A DNA stretch of 64,000 nt from Tubiluchus corallicola (Eukaryota > Animalia > Priapulida). This document shows, one piece after another, positions 35,689 to 48,779 of the stretch. Numbering within the stretch: the stretch's first letter is position 1; each line of letters begins with the position of its first letter. The notes beneath the pieces were generated by a model that saw nothing but the letters and a program-made list of their open reading frames with translations, made no database searches and was not told where the DNA came from. The stretch lies in assembly GCA_030141605.1 (NCBI GenBank), contig JAQGDQ010000373.1, positions 62,001 to 126,000 on the forward strand, written 5' to 3'. The translations under genes were made by a program, and so were the position numbers.

Positions 35689-36360
35689 CAGAGGCGTAGC
35701 AAGGTGGGGCGACAGAGGCAATCGCCCCCAGGCAAACGGGTTAGAAGGTGCAAAATTCTTATAGAGTTCAATGATTGTTAATTATTAATTCTTAGCCGGA
35801 ATCACGAGATCATTAATAAAAAAAAAGTTTTGAAATTACAACAAAATTGCCTAGTCAGTAATCACCACAGCTGATTTAATTGTTACATACATATAAGAAA
35901 AAAGGCTAATGTTGTTACTTAATGCCATCTGTAGTGTGGCTTAACAGATCAAAAATTTTCGGAAAAAAATGGCGCTTTAAATTTAATTTGTATTGTTGTG
36001 AAAACCTGTAGTGTTCTGTATCTTTAATAATCTAGCCCTATGCATGTTTTAATGCTGGAGCTGAATGTTTAAGAACTATCGTGTTATGAGAAACAATGCA
36101 TAGAAATTATGGTTATCATGGTTCAGTACCGCCAATCAAACTCAGGGTGATTTTTAGAGAAAGACCGTTCATCTCTATCTCATCAAATATGTATCAAAAT
36201 ATATATGCTCTATATCAAAAAAGCATTGTCGACCTCAGTAACGCAAGAAATGCGCTTTATTTGTGGCTTCACCAACGAAACAAATGACCAAATTATTAAA
36301 AGGGTAGGGGGGGCAAAAGTTTTTGCCCCCAGGGCGCCACGAGCACTTGCTATGCCACTG
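35689..36360. mobile_element. hAT non-autonomous element
   Basis: cagaggcgtagcaagg ... cacttgctatgccactg with 8-bp TSD tttgtaac. Confidence 0.88.
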
Positions 36361-37548
36361 TTTGTAACGATTGAGTCAATTTACATAAAAATATTGAAAT
36401 AATTAATTTCGTTTAAAATCAAAGGATGATGAATGTACTTAAGAAGCTTTTTATCTTCTCCAATACTATAAAGTACAAAATTTTAAAATTTAGTGTTGTA
36501 ATTTCACTTTAATACTTAGGCTGTAACAGTCAAATATGCAAAATAGTTTGACACTTAAAAATTATTTCTACAAAATGTACTGATTCTGGCCTTTGGGAGG
36601 TAAGAAAACTGCACTATAAAATTAGTCATCAGTCGTAGAAACAGACTTATAATGGAGAAACCGAAGTTTATCAAAAAAAGAGTCACCAGCACTATATCAG
36701 TTGGTGTCATTCCCATGTCACATCCTAATTAAAATCTCTGGGATTAAATTCTCAAGTCCCTGAGTAATCAAGTTTATGTCAAGTTTTGAGGGATTATGGC
36801 ACCACTTTGAGTCGAGTCTCAAATTCTTAGAGTGACCATGACGAACTTAACTTTAAGAAATCAAAGGTTTAATCAATTCTTCATGAATCAAGTTTGTGTT
36901 TGTCCTTAAGCATTTTAATTAAAATTAATAATTTAAAATAATTAAAATTATTTTAGACAAGTTCGGAGATTACTGCATGTGTTATTGTACTGGAGGTTTT
37001 TATATCAAATAATCGCTACACATGTACCAGACAAAAATTATTTTTTAAATGGCATTGGCTTTATTTTCAACGGTACAATGGCGTTCTGTGAATTATATGA
37101 ACTAAGTAATATTACTCTAAGAGAGATGAAGTGTGTAGTAATCACCTACACAGATGCAAGACCAGTGCGCCTAACTGTAAGTATTTCAGTTTGCGCATAA
37201 TATACAAAAGAGCAAGCGAACACGGACAAACGTGGTTTTGAAACTGTAGCAAGAATAGGTTGCAATTTTCAAGGTTATTAAATTATAACAAGCATAATAA
37301 TATTTTTTTACTAATGCTGGCAAGTGAACAGCTGATTGTGTTGCAGGTGAAGTCTGTATTTCATCATTCTAATCTGAGTCAAAGCAACTTATGTTGAAAC
37401 TGAAGGTGCAGGCCCTATTTTTTTACGAAATGTATTATTTTTAATATACGTTAACACAAGCAACAGGCATTGTAAAATATAGTGAATTTTTCTAGCATAG
37501 TATTGTGAAATTTCGTATCATTAGGCTAAATTCATAATCAAACTAAAA

Positions 37549-38269
37549 CAGTGGTTCCCAACCTTTTTCTTGCCAAGTACCCCTTCTAAATGTGGCGATC
37601 TTCAGCGTACCCCCACCTGATATTTTTCAACAAATCGTTTGAAAAACCAGTTTCCAGAAAACAACGATTAATATTATCGACATTTTTTTATTTTAACTTT
37701 TTTTGAAAACATGAATTTTATCACTGATTATTAAGAAATACATAATTTGAACAACTTTCTCGAATATGAAAACATCAATACAGGGAAACGCAATCTTCAC
37801 AGCAGTCATAATTAATGCGCACGCTGTTCTTGATGATTATCAACAAGTTTTTTGACATCAGGTTTAATTGTTGATATTGCGACTCGCATGTCGCTCCTCA
37901 AATCCAAACGGTTTCTTGCCTTCCTCTTCAAATGTTGCATTGCACTGAAGCCTAGCTCACATTTGTATGTTGTCACAAATGGAACCAACACCTCGAAAGC
38001 CAAATACAGCACAAACAAAGCGACAAAATATAAGCTTTTCGTGGGCGGGTAAAAGTATTTTCTAGCATACTGCACAGGAATGATATTGTTGGTGAAATAT
38101 TGCCTAACCTGTAGAAAGAATATCGCGATGCTGCAACTTGGTGTATTTTACCCTTTTCACCGGCTACAGAAAGAAAAAAATGTGTCGATCTGACACACCT
38201 TCTGCGTACCCCTGGCATTGCTGTTGCGTACCCCCAGGGGGTACCCGTACCCCCGGTTGGGAACCACTG
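37549..38269 (-). mobile_element. Internally deleted hAT (Buster/Charlie) element
   Basis: TIR cagtggttcccaacc, 8-bp TSD aactaaaa, dimerisation-domain remnant LVPFVTTYKCELGFSAMQHLKRKARNRLDL. Confidence 0.93.
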
Positions 38270-38926
38270 AACTAAAACAATGAAAATTTGCTACACAGTT
38301 TTGACAACGTCGCTGCTTATAAATATATGTTCTTGTAAGCTACAAACCTAATCGGATATTCCCGTTGATCACTAAAAGGTAAAATATAATAAGTGAGAAA
38401 CCAGTTACGGTTTCACTCTGCTTTTTATATTTAAATACATTAACAACATCAGCAAACCATTCCAGAATAACAAATTTTACCTTTTTTCCACTTTCTATTC
38501 TACTTTGGAATTCTCTACCATTACAGGTTAAAAAATTCAAGTCCCTATCGGCATTTAAAACAAAATTAAAATCACTAATATTAACCAGATATGAAATACC
38601 ATCACTCCAGTACGACAACATACACACTAATTCAGAATTTATATGTCCACGACCATATTAATTAAATCATAATTTTTTCATTTTTGTGCATAGTTGTAAA
38701 TATGTTTGATTTTATTCGTCGTTACTTTCCGTTACTGCACAGTAGTCTAGATTGCACTGACGCGTTTGCCTTTAGCAGTGTAAGTTTTTATTAACTAACA
38801 CTGATTGATCGTCTCTGTAAAGTTTTTATCAGTGATAATCAATGAATCTTAATGGCAAATAAAGATTATTATATATATATATATATACTATTGTATTGTA
38901 TTGTATACTAATGTATATACAATATT

Positions 38927-39479
38927 ATATGTGTGCTTGCAAACCAAAATCGTCCGTAAGTCGTCATAGTTAAAACTATGTTATGATGCTTCAAAGTAGT
39001 ATGTACCAAAAATTTGATCAAATGTCAATTTTTTATAAAAACAGTTGCTAAATGTATTTGACTTTAATGTTCTAGCACCAAATTCTTAAGAAAATCTTTA
39101 AAAAATCTAATTTTGTAACTCCCTACCCACTTCTCTGGCTAGGAACCAGTAATGCAGTCGTAAAAAATTTTCAAACTACGAAAACATAACTTCACTGTGT
39201 TCTTGCACAGTCCGTAGCAACCAACAATTGTGCAGTTGCTAAGTGTAGAAATGTAACAAAAACAACAGCAAACCTTGACAGTGATTTTCTCAAGATTATG
39301 TTTTTCATTGTGCAGCCTGCACCTGAATTTCAACGTGGATTATCTCAGCTTAGAAATAACATAGAGCGATGAACTTGGTATCAAAATGATCCTCATAAAA
39401 TGGAGATTCAGTATATGTGAATAACTGGAAAAACTTAATTGCTGACTTATGGACGATTTTGCTATGCAAGCACACATAT
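38927..39479. mobile_element. TIR MITE, copy 1
   Basis: atatgtgtgcttgcaaaccaaaatcgtccgtaagtc ... gacttatggacgattttgctatgcaagcacacatat; inverted copy at about 55306-55997. Confidence 0.8.
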
Positions 39480-40128
39480 TCCCTAGTGGTCAAGGCAGTC
39501 CAAAGTTCATTCCTTATAGGTCCCCAATCAAAATCATTTCCAACGGATGATCGCTCACACTAAAGCGATTAAAACTAATTAGTAATCATACTAATGTTGT
39601 ACCATCATTAAGAATAACTAGTAAGGTTCCCGCAAAAAATTTTGCATATATATATATATATATATATATATGCAAAATTTGCAATATATATGCAATATAT
39701 ATATATACACTTTGATCAATAATACGCAGACATCCTACATAGTCCTCACTTATAACGCAAAGCCAGTAGCAGCTTTTACTGAATTAAAGTTATGAGGTTA
39801 TAAGCAGAGTATAGCGGATGACATCAGCACAATGGCTTTGCGTGTAGACGTCCTAAAATGTAGCGCACACCACCTTTCTAAAGAGCTATATATCTCCTTT
39901 GGAGAGTCCCACCAGGCACCGCTAGGACATTTTTTCTACAGGGCTGTTTGACCAAAATTTCGGAAAAATCGAGAGTTGTGGACGATTTTGCTACGCAAGC
40001 GCGAAAATACAGTTTGTTTTATGCAAGAGTGTGTAACTTTTTGCGAGACGTTTGCTACTTTTATGTCGTTATCCATTTCCATAGTCCTTTATATTTACAG
40101 AATACAAACTGTTAACAAAGTAAGTGAC

Positions 40129-41406
40129 ATGGATGTAGGTGAATTGCTTGACCTCGCACCAGCAAAAGCTGTGAAAAGAAAAGCAGAAGATGAAGAACTT
40201 GGCAAGGCTAAAAAGACAGCAAAACAAGGCGACATTGCTGCAGACGTGGAACAACTTATGGACGCAGACAATCGAGAACTACCTCTTGACGAAATACAGT
40301 TGAAAAAGTTGCTGTTGACATTCGAAAAGAGAGTCGTCCGTAACCAAGAAATGCGCATTAAATATCAGGACAAGCCGGAAAAGTTTATGGAATCAGAAGT
40401 CGAACTGAACGACGTTATTCAAGAGCTGCATGTTGTTGCCACTCAACCGGATCTTTATCACGTCCTGATTGAACTGAATGCCATCCAGTCGCTGCTTGGT
40501 TTACTCAGTCACGACAACAGTGATATTGCCGTCGCCGTTGTGAACTTGCTGCAAGAACTGACCGATAGCGAAACGCTAGTGTCAGACGAAGATGTCGAAA
40601 TTCTTGTCGAAGCTTTAGTGAAAGAACAAATTGTGAGCACTTTAGTGCAAAATCTTGAGAGGCTAGACGAATTGGTCGCCGAGGAGGCGGAAGGCGTACA
40701 CAACACATTAGCCGTTGTGGAAAATCTCACGGAATTTCGGCCGGAATTGTGTACAGAAGCAGCTGAACAAGGACTGCTACAGTGGCTGCTCAAACGTCTT
40801 CGGGCAAAAATGCCGTTCGACAATAACAAACTGTATTGCACCGAGATTCTGTCCATTCTTTTACAGGATAATAACGAAACCAGAAGACTCCTAGGGGAAA
40901 TTGATGGCGTAGACGTGCTTCTTCAACAGGTAAATGCTTACAAGAAGCACGATCCTTCTACCAATGAAGAGATCGAAGCGATGGAGAATCTCTTTGACTG
41001 TCTCTGTTCGGCTCTCATGTATACCTCCAACAGAGAACAGTTCCTCAAAGGTGAAGGTATCCAGTTAATGAACTTGATGCTTCGGGAGCAGAAGATGTCG
41101 CGGAACAGCGCCTTGAAGGTCCTCGACTATGCAATGACGGGTCCGGAAGGCGTGGACAACTGCAACAAGTTCATCGACATCTTGGGCTTACGCACGATAT
41201 TCCCCCTCTTCATGACCACGCCCAAACGAGTGCGGAAAAAGGGGCCCAGCGAGGAGGAGCACGAAGAACACGTGTGTTCCGTAATTGCTTCCCTTCTGAA
41301 GAACACGACCGGAAACCAGAGAACAAGACTGTTGGCAAAATTCACAGAAAATGACCATGCAAAGGTGGACAGGCTGATGGAACTCCACTTCAAATATCTA
41401 GAAAAG
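40129..41406 (+). CDS. CTNNBL1: Beta-catenin-like protein 1 (Prp19/CDC5L spliceosome complex), coding exon 1
   Basis: MDVGELL start; RNQEMRIKYQDKPEKFMESEVELND; LLGLLSHDNSDIA; KVDRLMELHFKY; donor aag|gtacgt. Confidence 0.95.
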
Positions 41407-41423
41407 GTACGTGCCTAAATACT

Positions 41424-41858
41424 ACAGTGTGGCAGTTCACTCATGTCTCGGTTTGCCGGACCTCGCTTTTACGGATATTGGAAGAATCGGACTAATTTCT
41501 GGTCCGTTAAAATTCCCACATAATACGGACACGGTCTGTTATTTCGCTAGCTGACTGCTAGTTTGTTTACTTCACGTAGGTCAGTGAAACCACATGTATA
41601 CTCTTATGTATAAAAATATAGTATCAATTATGCGGATTTGTTTTGAGTCAATTGCCGACAGTTTTTATGTACTTTTGCATAGGAGCGGCCCGTGCTAGAT
41701 GTTTTTGAAACAGTTAAGCAATTGATTCTACATTACCGTGAGTCTAATACATGGCGCCTACTGTATTAGCTTAGTATCAGTAAATACGGATAATCGGCAA
41801 ATTCGGACCGATGTCTTCCCGCTTTTGCACGGCAAACAGAGATATGAGTGTACTACTA
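41424..41858. mobile_element. TIR MITE in the CTNNBL1 intron
   Basis: agttcactcatgtctcggtttgccg ... cggcaaacagagatatgagtgtact; second copy at about 56461-56868. Confidence 0.7.
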
Positions 41859-41988
41859 TGTGTTGATATGCTACTATGCTTTTATATAGGTCATACCTGT
41901 TAGCCAATCAGCATTTGATTAATTACTCATTGTTTTTTTTTATAAATGTATTTATGATTGTAATGCTTCTTATCAAACAAAAACATTG

Positions 41989-42660
41989 TTTAATGAGCAA
42001 GAAGAGGGGTACCTGAAGTAGGTTTCAGAAAAATCACTTTAAAAAATTCTCTTACTTTACAGCAATTTTATGCTTATATCGTACTTACAGTAATTTTATT
42101 CTTATTGAAAGGATTTTTTGTTTGCTTTCATTTTAAATTTCCCACAATACTGTTCCAACTGCGCCATCACATGCGTCACATATGCACAACGTAAATCAGG
42201 GGAAGAAAAGGCAGTGTTAGTGTTAAATTATGTCCCAAAAAACTTTCCGTGCAAATTTATATTACTTAGGGTTTCGCTTACCTACTGGAAACGCATATAA
42301 CTAGTTATGTAACTAGTAAAGAAAATTATTAATTATTTAAAATGCTTTCACCAATTGGCAAAATGTCGCTGACTCACCCTCCAGGGTGCACCACTCACTA
42401 ACCAAAAATGTGTTTTTAATCTTATTGACAAGATACAGTAATTTAAAATTTTATTTAGTTAGTGACGTGTGCGCAACGAATGCTCTAATTATATTTTCAA
42501 ACTTCACACAATGTTATCTAAACTTGTTTCAAATGACCTGTCGTGAAAATGGCTGCGTCTGTCGGTCATCGCGGGAGTTTAAATTTACATGTTTTATACA
42601 GCGTTACTGCCGACGCAAGCTGTGGATGCAAAATAGGTGAGTGATATAAAATTTCGAGAC
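41989..42660 (+). mobile_element. Dispersed repeat family (Kolobok-like), copy 2
   Basis: Similar to 4643-5060 and 54803-55180; the distal part matches about 60620-60900 inverted. Confidence 0.6.
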
Positions 42661-42714
42661 GAATTTCTTAAGCTTTATGTTGACGAAGGGTTTTCTTGTG
42701 CTTTAAACTAAAAG

Positions 42715-43047
42715 GTACACGTGGTCGATAATCAGATCGAGAGGGAGAGGCAGAGGTCCAGACTCGACGAAGCCGATGAGGAGTTAGAAGATGCGTTTTA
42801 CTTACGAAGATTGGAAGCCGGCTTGTTCACGCTGCAGTTGGTTGATTACATAATGATGGAAGTTTGCTCGTCCGGTCAACCGTCCGTTAAACAGCGAGTC
42901 ATGCAAATACTGAATCTCCGGGGCGGATCCATAAAAACCATCCGGAACATTATGAGAGAGTACGCCGGCAACATCGGCGACGCCAAAGATGCGGAATCGC
43001 AGGATGCTGAACAGAAACGACTCCTTCAATTGGTCGATAAATTTTAA
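42715..43047 (+). CDS. CTNNBL1: CTNNBL1 coding exon 2
   Basis: VHVVDNQIERE...FYLRRLEAGLFTLQLVDYIM...IMREYAGNIGD...LVDKF-stop; phase 0 junction. Confidence 0.93.
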   Translation, partial: VHVVDNQIERERQRSRLDEADEELEDAFYLRRLEAGLFTLQLVDYIMMEVCSSGQPSVKQRVMQILNLRGGSIKTIRNIMREYAGNIGDAKDAESQDAEQKRLLQLVDKF

Positions 43048-43112
43048 AACAACTTTGCTGTAATGACCGCAATATTAGGTTATGTAGCATCAGATCTGAG
43101 GTGGTAATTTAA

Positions 43113-43702
43113 CCCTTTCACTGCCTATGTTTGTCATGCAGGGGACGGAAGGCACTAGACTGCTGCCCAAGCCCAGCACTAAACGCAGTTACCCAGGTCT
43201 GTTTATTTCACTGCTACGGCCATGTAAAAACATTGTAGAAAAGTTTAACAGCCGTGGGATTGGGGTTGCTTTGCAACAAGTAACGCTAACCAGCCAATCA
43301 GGGTCTGAAGCCAGGTGCATTCCACAATACTGTACTGTACGGTATGTTCCCACGCAAAATCACTTGTAGATCGTTGATGAAACGTATGTTTAGTTTATTG
43401 TACTGCATTCTTATAAAATGATTGCATATTATGGAATAATATTGCATCTTTTATGAAAACTGGTTTCTAAATATAAGCACAGGCTTATTTATGAGGGTGT
43501 GCACGCGTGCATGTATGTGTGCTTGTATGTGTGTGCATGTGTAGATTTAAAACTAATACTTAATATTAGTATTTAATAATGAATAATAATAACTATTTTT
43601 TCATTTAGAAGATTCTGTTTTAGTAACACACCACAAGAAGTTATTGTCAAATGTGCAAAAGTCAATGTGGCCCAGTTAAAAAGCAACAACGCAGTGAAAG
43701 GG
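43113..43702. mobile_element. piggyBac-like MITE
   Basis: TTAA|CCCTTTCACTGC ... GCAGTGAAAGGG|TTAA; opposite orientation to 31659-32243. Confidence 0.88.
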
Positions 43703-43801
43703 TTAAGAGAAAAGCAAAAATCTTCTGTTTGACTGGCTATTTTGACTGTAAAGGACACATCATGCAATTAGAGGAAACTTTTACACAGTTATCACAGATA
43801 T

Positions 43802-44307
43802 AGAGTAAAACCTCATTACAACGCGAGGTCTGAGACATCACTAAATATGGCGCAATAGCGGGGTTGGCGGTAAGGCGAGGTTCATTAATATGAAAGCCAT
43901 TTTACTGTGTAACCACTATATTGTTTCTTAGTTAATTTTCATAAGTGAAAAATAGTATAATATTATTATGTGTGTTATATACTGTATATTTTTGCTGCAT
44001 AAACAATACAGGTGTAGTTCTACAGTGATACATTGCAAAACTTTTACCTAACACACCCTGGAGAAACAATCTTGTGAAATACTCCTTAGTTAGCCTACTG
44101 CTGATAAGAGAAATATGCACCCATGCAGCCCACCCACGCATCCAATGTAATATTACTGGACAGTTGGACTACAATTAGCTGCCGCTTATAACTTGACCTT
44201 GAGTCAAACAGCTTTTACAGCCGTTAAATTCACATCAGTTTATTCAGTACTGAACCACAGCTATGCAACTCTTGTATTCTTAAAATGCATATTTCTTGCT
44301 CAAAACT
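43802..44307. mobile_element. Partial inverted copy of the 32537-33380 MITE
   Basis: Near-identical reverse complement of about 32876-33380. Confidence 0.85.
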
Positions 44308-44516
44308 TGCAGACGAAGCCAGTTAGAAACAATTTTTGCGGTCGCTCAGCCATTTATTATCCAGACTCAACATTGCTCGCCAAGTACATGCCGCCGTGAA
44401 CATTGTTCCTTTACCCAGAAGTAAGAGGCTTCCCGCAGTGTCTGTTAAGAAATCAGAAGCGGACGGGTGATTTTAACCAAGCTTCCCCAGGCATGTTTTA
44501 TAACACATCTTATTGT

Positions 44517-44979
44517 TATAGTATAATGGACACCTCCGGATCAGAAAAAACCGTCCCTTGTATCCGATGTCCCTTATAGCCGAAGTTGAGTAAGACCGAG
44601 GGTGTATCTAGACCTGTACTTTTACCCATATTTTTATGAATTATTGCTATACATTCAGTGCAAACGGTATGTAGGAAGCTCCTTCAGTGATGCAATGTAT
44701 GTGACTGCGGAAACCAAGCTGTTTGAAGGCCGAGTTTGCGAAAAATTGAGGTTAAAAATCGATCAATTTCGCTTTGATCGTAGGGTCCCTTATATGCGAG
44801 GTAAATTAACTGGGTTTCTATTACGCGGGACCAGAAGATATCGTCTCTTATAACTGAAAGTCCCTTATATCCAAGTACCTTATATACAAAGATTTTTACA
44901 TTATAAAAAATGTTACGAAAAATCGGGGCCGGTGTTGGTGGTCCCTTGTAAGCGAGTACCTTATACCCGAGATTGACTG
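44517..44979. mobile_element. Tc1/mariner-type MITE, copy 1
   Basis: Similar to 46689-47147; ends gattgactg|TA. Confidence 0.8.
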
Positions 44980-45572
44980 TATTACATTCAAGGAGATGTT
45001 GCACGAACATTGCCACTACATGCAATGAAGTCCAAAGTTCACTGCAAACGTTTCTTTTTCAGTTGTACTTATAAGCAGCGGGCCTATTACAAATTGAATT
45101 TGTACAGTCTGTACATATATTATTATTAACATCATTCTATTTCGAATATACTTTATATTATAAGTAATTCATAAAAATGTGTTATCAGTCAAGATTATTT
45201 TCACGATTAGCAATAAAACAATATAACAGATTAATGAGCCTAGTATTTCTGATAAAATCCATGAGCAGTACAATTTCTTTCAAATTAACATGTTACAATG
45301 TAATTTAGAATTGATTGCAACTGTGCTGTGCTTAAAAAATTAAAATCATTACATTCTAAGTATTTAATCCAGTCTCTAGCCATACTAACAATCATCTGTT
45401 GGTTTCCTATCAAAGCCTTTTTCCTCGCTGATCTCCTTGCTAAAATATTATATCCATTTTCTAACTGATAACCACTACAGTTATCTGTGATAGCAGCTAT
45501 ATTTCCAATTAGATAAAGCGAAATTGAAATGAACTCCTAAGCTGCATATTGCAAGAGGTGCACACGTATATC

Positions 45573-45899
45573 CAGGGCCTATTTCAGAGGGGGGAAGTGG
45601 GGATACTTCCTGGGGCCTCAACCTCCAGGGGGGCCTCGCGCCAAGGTAACTTTTTTGCTTCATGCGAACATACTGCCTCCTCTCTCCCTCTCTATTCTCT
45701 TGAGAATAAAGCAGTTTTTCTTTCAACTGCTCTTTCGTTTAACAAGTGCACAACTCCATATTTCCTCTTCGAAAATGCTTCTTCGGCGTTCTAGCAGTTC
45801 AAAAATTTTCTGGGCGTCAACCGTGGTGGCGCCCCCCCCCCCAAGGGGGCCTCACACGCCCCACTTCCCCAGGCCTCGCTTAGGCTGAAATAGGCTCTG
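45573..45899. mobile_element. hAT MITE
   Basis: cagggcctatttcag ... ctgaaataggctctg with 8-bp TSD cgtatatc. Confidence 0.9.
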
Positions 45900-46688
45900 C
45901 GTATATCACAATACTTGCCAAGTACTAATATTTTTGCACGTTGCTAGAAGAGAGGAACTCGAAGAACGACAAACAAACCTACACCAAACAAACACATTAC
46001 CTTTTAATATAAATAACCTTGACCCACAAATAAAAATTTCAGTTTTTCTTTCTGGTTGTTCTCTACTAAGTTATGAACAGAACATCATCGTATTTGAGCT
46101 GGTACAGTAATATATTTGTTCATCTAACAATTTTAATGACTTAATTAAAATTGGAATAGTTATATTTTGTGATAGATTTGTTTTTCCTATCAAATTTCAC
46201 TCTTGTAAATTTTGCAGCCCGAGGAATCTTGATCAGCATTTATTTGCTGTTTGCCAAAGACAATGATTTCAAATAAATGCTTATAAAAAAAGTACTAATA
46301 ATGGTTTAGATATTTACTTATGTAATGAAATTAACACTTCATGAACAATAACATAAAAAATATCAACTGCTTCAAACACAAGTATTTTATTTGTTTTTTT
46401 ATGTACAATACTTTGCTTATTCTGAGTCTATTTTACATTTCTTTACGATTACTGAACTTTTGAAATCAAACGAAACAAAGGTGAAAAGTTCAGGACGGAG
46501 CTGCATTCGAACCCAGAACTTTTGGATTACTACGAGTCTAAGCCCTACGAATGAGTAACTAACTAAATAACTCTGCAGTATAAATTAAATGACTAGATTT
46601 TATTTTGGTCACAAATAATTGTACGTTGCGCCATAAATAAACTTTGATATAGATGAGAAATGCCTAATGTGACAGTTGGCAAGAAGTA

Positions 46689-47147
46689 CAGTGAACCTCG
46701 GATATAAGGGACACATCGGGACCGGAAAAAATCGTCCCTTGTATCCGATGTCCCTTATAGCTGAAGTTGAGTAAGACTGAGAGTTTATCTAGACCTGTAC
46801 TTTTCCGTACTTGTACCCATATTTTTATGAATTATTGCCACACAGTCAGTGTAAACAGTATGTAGGAAGCTCCTTCAGTGATGCGAGATGTATGTGACTG
46901 AGGAAACCGAGCTGTTCGAAGGCCGAGCGAAAATTGAGGTTAAAAATCGATCAATTTCGCTTTGATCATAGGGTCCCTTATATGCGAGGTAATTTAACTG
47001 GGTTTCTATTATGCGGGACCTGAAGATACGTCCCTTATATCCGAGTACCTTATATACGAAGATTTTTATCAGGAAAAACGTTACGAAAAATCGGGACCAG
47101 TGTTGGTGGTCCCTTATAAGCGAGTACCTTATACCGGAAGTTGACTG
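46689..47147. mobile_element. Tc1/mariner-type MITE, copy 2
   Basis: TA|cagtgaacctcggatataagg ... ccttataccggaagttgactg|TA. Confidence 0.85.
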
Positions 47148-47750
47148 TAAGTGCCACTAGTCGGGCTTGAAATCTCACTAACATGAACAGAATTATGTAT
47201 TTCTTGAACACACACTCAGAAACATGGACGGAATCTCGAAGGACGTAAAATCGGGCGTACAAATGCAGTTACTGTAGCGGAAATAATGAAATTTGTGATA
47301 GTTGAATAATTTTATCTAAATCAACATTCATTTAAAATTTAGCAATCTGTTCATATCAGTTAATAAGACTTATAAATTTAGTTCTTCATTTTAAACGAGT
47401 GCTACATTTGTCACACTTTTGAAATTTTTACCAATCTGACATGATTTTGTTGCAATCACTTCATTCATTGTAAGCCTACGTTTTTATGTTTGATCATTTA
47501 GACTTTGAATTACCGATATTGAATTTACCGATATTTTTAATTTGAACTAACTCTTTACAACTTTGTATGTGATGTATCATTAATATGCTTTATCCTTGCT
47601 GGTCAATAAATTGAAATGAATTGAATTATAGGCAGATTATTTGGGGTTCAATTCACCTTTGGCTACAGTTCCAAAATATCATACAGCACAACAGACAAAG
47701 AAAGTGGACTAGAAGTCGTCGTTTAAACTAGTAGAAGGAATGTCGTCCTG

Positions 47751-48779
47751 TCAGACCACCTCCCAAAGCTCGGCCAATGTAAATCCATCCTTCAGCTTCT
47801 CAATGGCGAGACCCAATTCCTCCGAGAAGACCGGTTCTCTGTCCTTTTCCTTCATTCCGTCAGCAAAGTAAGCCGCAAAAGCGTCTCCGTGCTCTTCTCT
47901 ATCGACCTCGATGTCATCTTGAACCGCTTCGACGACCTGCCCCTGCTCCGCCTGCCCTTTCGTCTCCACTTCGTATTCGATGCCGAAAATCGGGCTAGCA
48001 GTGTAAACGCGGTGCAAGCTCTGTATTTCTTTCAAAACTTCGTTTAGCTTTTCCGCGGGGTCGATTCGGAAACCGAGCACGTACCCCCCGCTTTGCAGGG
48101 ACGTCTCCAACACCAGTGCCAAGCCAAACTTACTGTCTCGGACCTTGACGGATTTCATCTGGAGATACGGAACGCTGACGTTGAATGAGACGTTCATGGT
48201 AGCGTACCAGACGAGTCGTACATTTGTGATAATAAACATACCTAGATTACCTTGATCACTAGAGAGATTCCACACCCCGTTAACTTCACTGTACACTTGC
48301 TCCTGAGGCAACATGTTCAACTGTCCATTCTGGATTATTGCGCCGCGGAGTTTCAAATCCCTGTACATTTTTGACGATTCGTACGCTTTGTGTACGGCCA
48401 TGACAGACGTAAATAGACGGGACGTTCCCGGTATGAGATTCGTGAAGATGAATTCGAATCGCGTGTTGTTGGCTTTTGTGAGAATGTACAGCGCTTCTGT
48501 TACGCCCCGTAGCTTAGAATTGATGGTTTTGGTGCTGACGTTGAGGATGCAGCTGAGGCCGACAGACAGGTTGATGCGAGTCAGAGCCTGCGAGTGCCAA
48601 ATCAGACGAAGGCTTGAAACTAGAAGTCTACCTCGGTCGCCGTTGTTTCCTTTTGTGTCTTCGACGGAGTCCAGTCGATCGATGAGAATTTCCCCGGGGC
48701 GCATTTGCATTTGAGAGGGTGGAATGTCAAACCTGATGTCGCGATCTTCCCACAAGACATCAAACTGTAAACTTGACAT
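47751..48779 (-). CDS. BBS5: Bardet-Biedl syndrome 5 protein (BBSome subunit), intronless CDS
   Basis: [10 protein letters not shown]...[17 protein letters not shown]...[15 protein letters not shown]...[10 protein letters not shown]...[11 protein letters not shown]...[21 protein letters not shown], 342 aa. Confidence 0.97.
   Translation of the reverse strand: MSSLQFDVLWEDRDIRFDIPPSQMQMRPGEILIDRLDSVEDTKGNNGDRGRLLVSSLRLIWHSQALTRINLSVGLSCILNVSTKTINSKLRGVTEALYILTKANNTRFEFIFTNLIPGTSRLFTSVMAVHKAYESSKMYRDLKLRGAIIQNGQLNMLPQEQVYSEVNGVWNLSSDQGNLGMFIITNVRLVWYATMNVSFNVSVPYLQMKSVKVRDSKFGLALVLETSLQSGGYVLGFRIDPAEKLNEVLKEIQSLHRVYTASPIFGIEYEVETKGQAEQGQVVEAVQDDIEVDREEHGDAFAAYFADGMKEKDREPVFSEELGLAIEKLKDGFTLAELWEVV

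Noticed and set aside
39636-39707. Perfect hairpin aaattttgc(AT)n gcaaaattt upstream of CTNNBL1
   Set aside because: Mostly self-complementary (AT)n with short flanks; explained by microsatellite slippage or template switching
39976-40128. N-terminal extension of CTNNBL1 in the ORF track
   Set aside because: It starts at TTG and crosses a likely splice acceptor at 40100; the conserved start is MDVGELL at 40129
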